Positions 1 through 8,430 of a stretch of 64,000 bases of DNA are shown here, piece after piece. The position numbers and the translations under genes are program-made. The notes under the pieces were generated by a model. The model made no database searches, was not told the origin of the DNA, and saw nothing but the letters and a program-made list of their open reading frames with translations. This stretch comes from Candidatus Delongbacteria bacterium (GTDB lineage Bacteria; CAIWAD01): NCBI GenBank assembly GCA_963663545.1, contig OY760505.1, positions 1,664,001-1,728,000 on the forward strand. The letters run 5' to 3'. Within the stretch, counting starts at the first letter, position 1, and the number at the start of each line of letters is the position of its first letter.

Positions 1-651
1 GTAGTCTGTAGGGATGTTGTAGCTCAAAAGGAGCTGATGCCCGAGTTCCTGATTTGAAAAGAAATGGAGCGGGGACTTGCGGTGTGCTGCATCTATTTCG
101 TTGTAAACACAACCATCATTGGCGGGTAATTCTGGAAGTACAACTCGGACTCCTGCAAGCTTCAGGCGCTCCTCAATCTTATGCGCAATGACTATCGAGC
201 GTCCTGCAAACTGGTTTGTTCCTTTGAGTGCAATGAACTCTCCCTCTACGACACCGCCTCTAATTGGAAACCCATGGCTCAACATGGAATGAGCGAACTG
301 AGTCAGATAGATGAAAAAACATGCAATACGCCCGGTTTGATCGGAAGCCCAGTTTCTTGCGTTCTGGGGTGTTACGATTTCGTATGGCATGAAGAACAAC
401 GTCGAATCGCTAACATCAATCCAGTCCAACTCTCGAATGGCGCGATCGAAGTAGCACTGTTTTTCGCTCTTTCCAGATTGCAACAAGCTTTGCTTGGTCG
501 ATGCCGAAAGTGTTGTTTTTAAAATCGATGCTGAATGCCTTGCGAGGTTAGCAATGTCAATACATCGCTGTGGATCATTGTTTTCTAGAAAACTTGAATA
601 TCCAAGCACATCGCAGAATGCTACCAGGCCTCTCATTTTCCCTCCAGCCAT
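1..651 (-). CDS. Class III nucleotidyl cyclase-like protein, 3' end truncated by the window edge; absent from the ORF track
   Basis: Manual translation from ATG 651: MAGGKMRGLVAFCDVLGYSS...DVSDSTLFF...GFPIRGGVVEGEF...FAGRSIVIAHKIEE; frame stays open to position 1. Confidence 0.65.
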   Translation of the reverse strand, partial: MAGGKMRGLVAFCDVLGYSSFLENNDPQRCIDIANLARHSASILKTTLSASTKQSLLQSGKSEKQCYFDRAIRELDWIDVSDSTLFFMPYEIVTPQNARNWASDQTGRIACFFIYLTQFAHSMLSHGFPIRGGVVEGEFIALKGTNQFAGRSIVIAHKIEERLKLAGVRVVLPELPANDGCVYNEIDAAHRKSPLHFFSNQELGHQLLLSYNIPTDY

Positions 652-682
652 GTGAGGTTTATCATTCACGTCACACTTGAAT

Positions 683-2164
683 CTACACAAAATCCACTTC
701 CACTCCCGCCTGATCCCTCAGCACCGGCGCAATCACGCTGATCGCTGTCGCGTCACCCACGTCCGGCGAGGGTAGTCCACGCTTCTCCATCGAATCCTTG
801 CTCTCCAGTACCAGCTGCTGGTTGCTGTTGTAGCTGACCTTGGGGCCGGTGAGGTCCATGTGCAGCTCGTCGCTGTCGGGAATGTCGGCGTCCATCAGCC
901 AGATGCGCGTGAGATCCCACATCTCGGTACGCACCTTGTAGTAGCGCTCGGCGTCCATGGCACGGGCGCCAGCGTTCACACGTAACACGTCCCAGCCCAT
1001 CTCTTCCAGTCGGTCGGCAATGGGCTTGCCCAAGCCGATGTTGTCAATGCCCACGAGCTTGACGCCCTTCGCGCGCATGGGGCGCAGGAAGCGGCCCAGT
1101 ACGCTCATGGTGTTCTTCTCGTCTGAGGTCTCCATGTGCAGGATTTTCCGGCCCTGACGTATCACAAGGGCGCTTCTGTCCTCACCCTCGCCTGCCGGGT
1201 CGATACCGGCCACAACAAGACCACTGGGCTGTGATACAACGCGCAGACGTGCAGCCGTCACGATCTCGGAGTTGATCAGGACGCGGCTTGTGGATGCCTG
1301 GAAGGCCTCTGAGACGGTCGCCGGGTACTCCTGCTTGAACAGGGACAGGCTGCCCAGCTCGATCACCTTGAAGCGGCGCCAGGCCATCTGCTCAAGGCTC
1401 AGGCCGTGGGTCTCCTGGATCAGCGTCTCTTCCTCGTCCAGCTCGAAGTCTTCCGGCACGGCCATCTGGTACTCGAGCACGTCGAACCACGGGAAGAAGA
1501 TCAGCTCGAAGTCACCGCGGCCCTTCACGGCGTCCATGCACTTCTGGTGGAACACGTTACCCAGGCCGTTGCCCGTGGACTCCAGAATCACTTCGGTGTC
1601 TGTAGTACGCGGCACAGCCTGTAACACACCAGCCAAGTGGTCGCGTGCGTTGGGCCAGAAGCCGACCTCGCTGCCGTGGAAGTACTGCACGGTTGACGAG
1701 CGGCCTGTGGACTTACTGCCAGCCGTGCCGACGCGGTATCCGCTGTCCAGCTTGTCGAAGAAGAGTTCCTTGGCGCTAGCGGCACCGGCGTGGGGCTGCA
1801 GGACTTTCGGGCAGTGCTCGTGATACCTGTGTGCCATCTCGAAGAGGTTGTCCGTAGCTGGCTGCTCGTGGGTCAGGATGTAGGCGCGCACACCGAAGCG
1901 GTGTGTCACGAGCCAGTAGAAGCGGCCCTCGACGTAGGTGGAACAGCCTGGCTGCCGGGGCTTGAGAATGAGGACCCGCACCATACCGGTGCGGGCCTTC
2001 TGGTTCTCAATCCTGCGGTGGATCATCTGCTGCGTCGGGTTCAGCCGGAAGGGAAGAATACCGCCTTCCTTGGGCCGGATCTTCAGGCAGCGCTCGGCGT
2101 AGTGCGGGAAGTCGTCCTTGAGCCGCTGCATGATGGCGCGGCTCTGGCTGCTTAAGCGCTTCAT
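683..2164 (-). CDS. terL: Terminase large subunit
   Basis: LILKPRQPGCST Walker A region, FHGSE Walker B, LESTGNG coupling motif, RNase H-like GIDPAGEGED and SPDVGDA. Confidence 0.93.
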   Translation of the reverse strand: MKRLSSQSRAIMQRLKDDFPHYAERCLKIRPKEGGILPFRLNPTQQMIHRRIENQKARTGMVRVLILKPRQPGCSTYVEGRFYWLVTHRFGVRAYILTHEQPATDNLFEMAHRYHEHCPKVLQPHAGAASAKELFFDKLDSGYRVGTAGSKSTGRSSTVQYFHGSEVGFWPNARDHLAGVLQAVPRTTDTEVILESTGNGLGNVFHQKCMDAVKGRGDFELIFFPWFDVLEYQMAVPEDFELDEEETLIQETHGLSLEQMAWRRFKVIELGSLSLFKQEYPATVSEAFQASTSRVLINSEIVTAARLRVVSQPSGLVVAGIDPAGEGEDRSALVIRQGRKILHMETSDEKNTMSVLGRFLRPMRAKGVKLVGIDNIGLGKPIADRLEEMGWDVLRVNAGARAMDAERYYKVRTEMWDLTRIWLMDADIPDSDELHMDLTGPKVSYNSNQQLVLESKDSMEKRGLPSPDVGDATAISVIAPVLRDQAGVEVDFV

Positions 2165-2565
2165 TCCAGTTCCTTCAGCGCGTCCTCGTGTGATACGTCC
2201 TCGGTCTCCGTGTCACGCGTTCCGGCCAGAATGCGGCCCATCGCTTCGGCCACCCGGGCGAAGTCGGCCTTCACCTGCTCGGCCTGCATCTTGGTGTGCA
2301 GGTGCTGGAGGCTGAGCAGCTGGATCTCCAGCGCCAGCGAGCGGACGTCGGACTGACGCTTGGCGGACTCCGTGGCCATGCGGGCTTCGACCTCGGACTG
2401 GACGCGGGCCTGCAGGCTGTCCCAGTCGTACTTCTTCGCCCAGCCGCGCACGGTGCCTTCAGGAACACCGATCGCACGGGCGGCCATGCGGTAGTTGCCC
2501 GTGTCGAGAAACTCCTTCAGGGCCTGATTGATGACGGTCTGCGAGTAGACTTCCTTTCTGGCCAT
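2161..2565 (-). CDS. Putative terminase small subunit (N-terminal HTH)
   Basis: HTH (YRMAARAIGVPEGTVRGW) plus coiled coil; overlaps the terL start. Confidence 0.65.
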   Translation of the reverse strand: MARKEVYSQTVINQALKEFLDTGNYRMAARAIGVPEGTVRGWAKKYDWDSLQARVQSEVEARMATESAKRQSDVRSLALEIQLLSLQHLHTKMQAEQVKADFARVAEAMGRILAGTRDTETEDVSHEDALKELE

Positions 2566-2575
2566 AGGACGCGGC

Positions 2576-2779
2576 TTACCTCGTGTTACCGTGAAGGGCG
2601 GCCTGTGCGACGTAGTGCGCGCGGTCCTGTCTGCTGGGGCCCTGGATCAGCTCCGGCGTCTCTTCGCGATAGCCGCAGACGCTGCACTTCCTCAAACGAT
2701 AGACCCGGTCCCTGGAAGACCGGGGGTCCGTGTGGATCACCTTGAAGGCGCCCTTGCCGCAGGCGGGGCACATGATCAT
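2576..2779 (-). CDS. Small zinc-ribbon protein resembling the NrdR N-terminal domain
   Basis: CPACG...KVIHT...RLRKCSVCGYREETPE pattern. Confidence 0.65.
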   Translation of the reverse strand: MIMCPACGKGAFKVIHTDPRSSRDRVYRLRKCSVCGYREETPELIQGPSRQDRAHYVAQAALHGNTR

Positions 2780-3186
2780 TCGAGCTCCTTGAGCAGTTCT
2801 TCGTAGTCGTGTTCCAGATCCTCTTCCAGGTCCTTGGCGCGGAAGCCGGGCACACGGCGCGCCAGGTAGAAGCGCACCATACTGGCGTTGCCCTTGGCTA
2901 CCAGGCGCATACCGTTCTCGGCGACGAAGGCGTAGCCCTTATGCTGCGCCTGGTCCACGAGGAATTCGAACTCCTTGTCGGTGCGTCGCCACCGGCGCAT
3001 GGTGTCAGGATGCACGCCCGCGACGTAGGCGGCAGTGTCGAGAGTGAGACCGCGCTGCAGGCAGCGCAGAATGGTCTTCGTGACTTCTTCGGTGCGTTTG
3101 CCTGGGCGTCCGGGTCTGGGTTTACGGGCCAATTCTGCCCCCCTGTCTTCAATGGCATCACGAAATATCCTCCTGGTGCAACTCAT
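2776..3186 (-). CDS. HTH protein, second terminase-small-subunit-like gene
   Basis: GRPGKRT...GLTLDTAAYVAGVHPDTMRRW..DKEF pattern typical of TerS-like HTH proteins. Confidence 0.6.
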   Translation of the reverse strand: MSCTRRIFRDAIEDRGAELARKPRPGRPGKRTEEVTKTILRCLQRGLTLDTAAYVAGVHPDTMRRWRRTDKEFEFLVDQAQHKGYAFVAENGMRLVAKGNASMVRFYLARRVPGFRAKDLEEDLEHDYEELLKELE

Positions 3187-4558
3187 CGCTTCCTGTTTCG
3201 ATTGCCTGGGGGAAGGTGTCCCGGATCTGGCGCGGGTCCCCCTTGTAGAACACCAGCACGTTCTGGTGACAGCGGCCCAGCTTGCGTGATACGGCGAAGG
3301 TGCGCCCCGCGCGCATGGCCAGACTGGCAGCCTGATTCAACAGCACAGCCTCGTTGTAGTAAATCAGACCGGCGTCTTCAAAGGCCTCTATCGTGGCCGG
3401 GACAAGCCCACGATAGCGGCCCTGCTTGTCGCGGATCTCGGTGACAACCCAGACAGCGAAGCGGTTCTCCTTCAGGTGCTGGGCGGCCTCGCGGATGATA
3501 TGGCGGTAGGTCTTCAGGAACTCCTCCCAGGACATGTTCGACAGGTCGGCGGAGTTGTCGCTGTAGACCTCGAGATCGCCGTAGGGCGGGCAGCTAAAAA
3601 GCAGGTCGAACTGTTCCTGGATCAGGCGAAGCTCGCAGCTTGAGTCTCCCTGATACCAGGTGACGTCTGCTTCGGGTAGAAGGGTTTCCTTCTGCGCCTT
3701 GTTGGCGGTGACCTGTTCCGGGCGCAGTTCGATTCCCGTGTAGGACAGGCCAAGCTTGCCGGCAACGATGCCGCGCACGCTTCCGCCGGCGAAGGGGTCC
3801 AGCACGCTGCCGCCTTCGGTGCAGAACCAGCGATAGGCCAGCTCGCAGAGGACGGGATCGAAGATGCTGGTGCCGTTCATGCGGATCGCTTCCGGGTGCG
3901 CCTTGGCGAAGTCGTCCCAGCTGACCTCGTGGCCGATGCGCTTCTCGTAGGCGGCCTTGGCCTCGTAGACTTCCGGCGGCTGGGCAGACAGCGAGAAGGT
4001 GAGGCCCTCCTGCGTGGTGTCGTCGCCGTTGCCGCGTCCGAGTTCCGACTGGATGCCCAGGGCCAGCCAGGCGCGGCGGCGCTCCTGCCAGAGTCCGGAG
4101 CGCGTGTCGAGGATCGAGAAAGGCGGAACCAGGAAACGCTCGGCCAGGCTTCCGGTGCGGCCCGTGGTGTCGGTGTCGAGGTCGTCGAGGGTAAGCCCAA
4201 ATTCGTCCAGGTCGATGCCCAGCTCGGCCAGTCCCTGCAGTTCGAGGTCTAGTAGTTCTTCGTCCCATTCGGCGATCTCGCTGACGCGGTTGTCCACCAG
4301 GCGAAAGGCGCGCAGCTGGGCGTCGGTGAGGTCCTCGGCGATGTGACACGGCACTTCGGGCAGTTCGAGCAGGAGGGCGGCTTCGAGGCGCGTATGGCCA
4401 CAAACGACGGTGCCTTCGGTGTCGATCACCAGCGGCACGCGGAAGCCGTACTCGCGGATGCTGGCGGCCACTTTCGGGACCGCCTGTGTGTTACGGCGCG
4501 GGTTGGCGGCGTAGGGAATCAGGGTGCGCGGATCGCGCATGGTTACAGGGAAGGTCAC
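3158..4558 (-). CDS. ParB/Srx N-terminal domain fused to an amino-DNA methyltransferase
   Basis: PYAANPRRN..SIREYGF..GHTRLEAA (ParB), DPFAGG (SAM binding), CPPY catalytic motif; probable GTG start at 4558 overlaps the upstream stop. Confidence 0.85.
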   Translation of the reverse strand: MTFPVTMRDPRTLIPYAANPRRNTQAVPKVAASIREYGFRVPLVIDTEGTVVCGHTRLEAALLLELPEVPCHIAEDLTDAQLRAFRLVDNRVSEIAEWDEELLDLELQGLAELGIDLDEFGLTLDDLDTDTTGRTGSLAERFLVPPFSILDTRSGLWQERRRAWLALGIQSELGRGNGDDTTQEGLTFSLSAQPPEVYEAKAAYEKRIGHEVSWDDFAKAHPEAIRMNGTSIFDPVLCELAYRWFCTEGGSVLDPFAGGSVRGIVAGKLGLSYTGIELRPEQVTANKAQKETLLPEADVTWYQGDSSCELRLIQEQFDLLFSCPPYGDLEVYSDNSADLSNMSWEEFLKTYRHIIREAAQHLKENRFAVWVVTEIRDKQGRYRGLVPATIEAFEDAGLIYYNEAVLLNQAASLAMRAGRTFAVSRKLGRCHQNVLVFYKGDPRQIRDTFPQAIETGSDELHQEDIS

Positions 4559-4854
4559 TTTGCGGTCTCCACTTGCTCTTGATGGTGCTTGCCCAGGTAT
4601 CTCAGGATGCCAGCCACTCCACTTGTCCTCACACGCTTCTCGCCAGCCACCTGCCATTTGTGGTGCGTTGGCCAGAAGTTGATCCGCTTCCCATTCCCGG
4701 TTGTGATGATGACATGGAATCCGTTGTTCTTCAGCTCGTACGCGATTCCAGCCCTCTGCAAATCCTGGAGCGCGACGGCTTCGCGGGCTCTGCGCCGGAT
4801 CCGCTGTGCTTCCCGGTACTCCTTCCAGAGCTCCTTAAGGTCTTCGTCAGCCAC
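4555..4854 (-). CDS. Phage hypothetical protein
   Basis: 99-aa ORF in the coupled operon. Confidence 0.65.
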   Translation of the reverse strand: MADEDLKELWKEYREAQRIRRRAREAVALQDLQRAGIAYELKNNGFHVIITTGNGKRINFWPTHHKWQVAGEKRVRTSGVAGILRYLGKHHQEQVETAK

Positions 4855-4871
4855 AGATTCCCTCCGGTGTG

Positions 4872-5096
4872 TTACTCATGGCCACTCTTCCTCGGTTTCA
4901 GTCCCCCGCCCACGTACAGCGCCTCGTTTGCTGTGATACGTTTCCGGCGGCTTGCTTCTCTGGCCAGCCGGAAGCGGATACGCAGGTGGAGGGTGAGTTC
5001 TTCCTCGAGCGCGATGATGGCTTCGCGCGGAACCTGGGTGTAGCCGGCACGACTGGCGATCTCGCGCAGGCGGCTGTGGTTGAGCAGGGATTTCAC
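4872..5096 (-). CDS. Histone-fold protein (prokaryotic-histone-like), 74 aa
   Basis: LLNHSRLREIASRAG-YTQV-PREAIIALEEELTLHLRIRFRLAREAS-RRKRIT-ANEALY fits the a1-L1-a2-L2-a3 layout; GGAGG RBS and GTGA overlap at 5093-5096. Confidence 0.65.
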   Translation of the reverse strand: MKSLLNHSRLREIASRAGYTQVPREAIIALEEELTLHLRIRFRLAREASRRKRITANEALYVGGGLKPRKSGHE

Positions 5097-5335
5097 GCGG
5101 CCTCCTGGATCTCGATTCCGCTCGATGTTGTCCACGGCTTGCCGTCACGGTAATGCCAGGCCCAGTCAGCTGACACATAGCCAATTCTCTCAGGCTGATC
5201 AGGTGGGATGTAGTTCTGCATCAGCAGCTCACCGCAGATGCTGCAGGAAACCCCAGCAGGCACATAGGCATGCGTGAGATAAGCATGCTTGTGGCTACAT
5301 GGCTCTGGCGGAAAGGCGAGCATCAACTGGTTCAT
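5093..5335 (-). CDS. Small Cys/His-containing phage protein
   Basis: ATGA-coupled start at 5335; CSH...CSICG possible zinc site. Confidence 0.55.
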   Translation of the reverse strand: MNQLMLAFPPEPCSHKHAYLTHAYVPAGVSCSICGELLMQNYIPPDQPERIGYVSADWAWHYRDGKPWTTSSGIEIQEAA

Positions 5336-6045
5336 GCTGCATCCCCCCTGATCTCCTCCCACCGGTACTCGCCACCGATGGCTCTGTGATACGTGCTCGG
5401 TCCGGCGATGTAGCGCGGGTCCTGCAGCCAATTGCGCAAGTCTTCCAGCGTCCTGGTGTAGAGCGGCAGGCTGCAGCCATAGTCGTCCACAGGCGCGCGG
5501 CCCAGGTCGATGCCGAGCTTCGCTTCGATGGCCCTGGCGAGGGTGTCGATGATCCACAGCGCGTCGGCAAAGACCCACTCCTGCAGCGTCTGGTTCTCGG
5601 CCCTGCGATCCATCCAGGCATCGTTCCACCAGCCAGGCAGGCCGCTCCTGCCAGCACAGCTGCAGGGCATGGCAATCCAGGTCAGGCGCCAGTAGCCGTA
5701 GGGGTTCTCGCGATCGGTGGGCGTCCAGCGAGGCAGGTGGAGCCAGTGGCTGTTGCCGCACAGGCTGCAAAGACCTTCGACGTTGCGGGCGGCGTTGCAC
5801 TGCTCGCGGTAGTGGGCATCGGCGATGCGGGCGGCGGCGGTCATGCTGGCCAGCGGATCGGCCTTCTTCCACGCTCTGCGGCAGGTGTCGATGAAAGCCA
5901 GAATCCAGGTATCCGGCTTGCCATAGGCCATCTGGTGGGCCTCGCCAAGAATGCTCGCAATCATGTTTGCATCCCGCTCGTCGTGATAGTTCTTCAGCGC
6001 CAGTACCTGTCGCTGGAAGGCTTGTGTGAATTCGTCGCGTGTCAC
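5332..6045 (-). CDS. Phage protein downstream of the initiator (helicase-loader position), zinc-finger-like
   Basis: GTGA-coupled start; CSLCG...MPCSC; function inferred from position only. Confidence 0.55.
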   Translation of the reverse strand: MTRDEFTQAFQRQVLALKNYHDERDANMIASILGEAHQMAYGKPDTWILAFIDTCRRAWKKADPLASMTAAARIADAHYREQCNAARNVEGLCSLCGNSHWLHLPRWTPTDRENPYGYWRLTWIAMPCSCAGRSGLPGWWNDAWMDRRAENQTLQEWVFADALWIIDTLARAIEAKLGIDLGRAPVDDYGCSLPLYTRTLEDLRNWLQDPRYIAGPSTYHRAIGGEYRWEEIRGDAA

Positions 6046-7091
6046 GGTGTCACCCCCATGAGTCGGGTTGTCATTTCGGCGAAGCTCTCTCCCGGCGGGA
6101 GGCTCTTCGCGGGTTTCATGGCCACACGGATCTGGTCGAAGTTGGCCACGACCCTGGCCAGCGGCATTTTCAGGCTGCCGTAGCCGGTGAAGCTGCCGGA
6201 ACGGGACTGGTCCGAGAAAGCCCATTCGCAGGCCTCGACGATCTCGTCCGGCGGGATCTCGTCACGCAGAAGCAGCTGCGTTTCCTGCGCCCAGTGGGTC
6301 GGCATCATGCCGGTTCGTGCCAGTCGGCTGCCGGGTTGCAGGCGGGTGAAAATCTGCCAGCAGCGCTCGGCAAGTTCCCAGGCGGCGGGGTCCGGGTCGG
6401 TTCCGGTGCTGAGGGTGTGTCCCCCAAGGGGCGAGGACCGACCGCCTCGCGCGCACGCGCGGGGTTGGCTGGTTGGCTGGCTGGCTGGTAGGCTGGCTGG
6501 GAGGCTGGGAGGGCTATTGGCAAACGCATTAACAAAATCACCCTTTTCGGCGTTTGCCATCGGTTTGCCATGCCCGTTGCTATCCGGTGTGCTATCCGTT
6601 TGCCATTCGTTTGCTATCGCGGTGCTTTCCGTAAGCTCTAGTTCTTCCTGAGCTTGAGCCATGCTTTTGCTATCCGCTTTGCTACCGGCCTGCTTCGCGT
6701 CTGCTTCCTCGTTGCCAGATGGCAAATGACCCCACCTTTTCGCGGCACCGCGCTTACCGGCGTCGCTGCGGATCTTCGTCTTGTAGGCGTGCGGCTGATG
6801 ATCGCGCCAGTCATGGACGGCGAAGCCCTCCGGCGTCTCGTCCAGATAGCCGACTTCCACCAGGCTGCGCACCAGTAGCTCGGGTGTACCGCCCCAGTCC
6901 ACGAGCAGCTCGATGTCCTCGATGGTGTAGCCGGGCAGCTGTCCGTCCGGGTTGGTCTTGCGGACTTCGGTCCAGAGCTGGATGAAGCGGAAGGCCGCCT
7001 CGTAGCCAGCACGGCGTATCAACTTCTTGGTTTTCACGTGCGAGAAGAATCCGCTGTAGACTCGAACATCCACGTCTGTCAGGTCGGCCAT
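6042..7091 (-). CDS. Phage replication initiator (O-like)
   Basis: N-terminal HVKTKKL...LVEVGYLD..GFAVHDWRDHQP, low-complexity linker carrying DNA repeats, helical C-terminal domain. Confidence 0.75.
   Translation of the reverse strand: MADLTDVDVRVYSGFFSHVKTKKLIRRAGYEAAFRFIQLWTEVRKTNPDGQLPGYTIEDIELLVDWGGTPELLVRSLVEVGYLDETPEGFAVHDWRDHQPHAYKTKIRSDAGKRGAAKRWGHLPSGNEEADAKQAGSKADSKSMAQAQEELELTESTAIANEWQTDSTPDSNGHGKPMANAEKGDFVNAFANSPPSLPASLPASQPTSQPRACARGGRSSPLGGHTLSTGTDPDPAAWELAERCWQIFTRLQPGSRLARTGMMPTHWAQETQLLLRDEIPPDEIVEACEWAFSDQSRSGSFTGYGSLKMPLARVVANFDQIRVAMKPAKSLPPGESFAEMTTRLMGVTP
6465..6690. repeat. Iteron-like repeats and GGCT tandem tract inside the initiator gene (putative origin)
   Basis: About 8 copies of TTTGC(C/T)AT-like units at 6552-6686, mostly about 11 bp apart; GGCT/GGTT run at 6465-6510. 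Confidence 0.6.
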
Positions 7092-7139
7092 GCCGGTGCT
7101 CCGCTCGTTAAGTGAGAGGGCGATGATCCGCAGGGATCA

Positions 7140-7379
7140 CTATTCCCCCGTGTATTCAGGTGCCGGTTGGTTCAGGGGCGTTGCCGCCCCTGTTCGATAA
7201 GCTTCCTCGTCGATCGTGGAGACACGCGCCAGCTCGGACAGGCCGAAGCCTTCTGCATCACGGTTGAGCAGCTCAGCGGTCCTCGTAGCCTCTTCCAGCG
7301 TCATCTCCTCGCAGTGGCGCCCGCTGGCCCTCTCAGACCAGATCACAAAGGCGCGGTCAGTGGGTAGAATGGTCTTCAT
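7140..7379 (-). CDS. Phage hypothetical protein
   Basis: Coupled ORF. Confidence 0.55.
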   Translation of the reverse strand: MKTILPTDRAFVIWSERASGRHCEEMTLEEATRTAELLNRDAEGFGLSELARVSTIDEEAYRTGAATPLNQPAPEYTGE

Positions 7380-7558
7380 GCGTTCCTCTTGATCTCACCG
7401 ACCAGATGGCCAGCGTGATCCTTGATGACGACCTTCTTCGCTTCGTGCCAAACCTTCAGGAGCGCACGGGCCTTCTCGCGCAGCTCCTGCGCGCTGTCTA
7501 CCTGGACGACGCTCTGCACGCGCATGCTGCCGAAGTTCAGTTCGAGAGTGTGATACAT
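7376..7558 (-). CDS. Phage hypothetical protein
   Basis: Coupled ORF. Confidence 0.55.
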   Translation of the reverse strand: MYHTLELNFGSMRVQSVVQVDSAQELREKARALLKVWHEAKKVVIKDHAGHLVGEIKRNA

Positions 7559-8085
7559 CAGGCAGCTCCTTCCAGCTGTCGGCTTATTCCGATGACCTGG
7601 GTTGGTGCGATTCCCTTGGACATCAGCATCGCCTGGTAGTCTTCTCGTGTTGGTCGGGAGGGGTTCTCTTTTGCGTCCGCAGGAAAGATGTTGTTGGCCA
7701 TGATGTAAGCCGTCACGGCACGCTCCATCGCCTTCTCCAAGGCAACGCGGTGCGCATCGAACAGGAACTTGATCTCCACGGCTTCAGCATCCGTACAGTC
7801 AACACCAGAAAGGGTGTGTCGTCCACGGCCAGCTGTGTGCGTCCAGGTTCCGCTGTAAGACTTCCCGAGAACAGCGTAGGCGAGCTGGTTAAGCAGCTTT
7901 CGCTCTGCACCGCCACGCTTGTGCGTAAACCAGTGAGTCGTCCGCTCTGCGGGCTTCTCCAGATCCGCCAGCGTCAGCCCCGCCTTGGCGAGCTCACGCT
8001 CCAGCAGCCGCTGCGCACTGTCCCGCTCCGCGCCTTCTCCCAGCTTGGCCATAGCCAGCAGCTTGTTCAGTCGGTCCAGGCTCAT
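7558..8085 (-). CDS. DUF2786-like phage protein
   Basis: N-terminal LNKLLAMA..GEGAERDSAQRLLE pattern. Confidence 0.6.
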   Translation of the reverse strand: MSLDRLNKLLAMAKLGEGAERDSAQRLLERELAKAGLTLADLEKPAERTTHWFTHKRGGAERKLLNQLAYAVLGKSYSGTWTHTAGRGRHTLSGVDCTDAEAVEIKFLFDAHRVALEKAMERAVTAYIMANNIFPADAKENPSRPTREDYQAMLMSKGIAPTQVIGISRQLEGAA

Positions 8086-8369
8086 CAGGCTGCCTCCTGT
8101 CTGGCTAGCAGCTCGCCTGTGAGGAACTGTTCAGGACGATAGCCAAGGAAGGTGGCCAGCCGGTTCAGCACGCGGACGCTGGTGCAGTGCTCGGGGTCAT
8201 CGAGAATGCTCTGCACGCTGCCGATGCCCACGTCAGCGCCTTCGGCCAGTCGGCCAATGCCGATGCCGGGCTTCTCGCCGTCGTGATACATTTGCATTGC
8301 CTTCCTGAGGCTGGCGCTAATGATGCCGTTCAGGCGGAGGGTCTCGTTATCCAGAATGCGCTTGCGCAT
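8085..8369 (-). CDS. XRE-type HTH protein
   Basis: IGRLAEGADVGIGSVQSIL...SVRVLNRLATFLG; AAGGAG RBS before ATG 8369. Confidence 0.65.
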   Translation of the reverse strand: MRKRILDNETLRLNGIISASLRKAMQMYHDGEKPGIGIGRLAEGADVGIGSVQSILDDPEHCTSVRVLNRLATFLGYRPEQFLTGELLARQEAA

Positions 8370-8430
8370 GTCGTACTCCTTGAGAAATGGGGTAGCGGGC
8401 AGGGGCACCCGCCACCCCGCTGACGGGAAA

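Noticed and set aside
181..522. 113-aa plus-strand ORF in the track
   Set aside because: It is the shadow of the longer minus-strand cyclase-like frame, which has recognisable motifs
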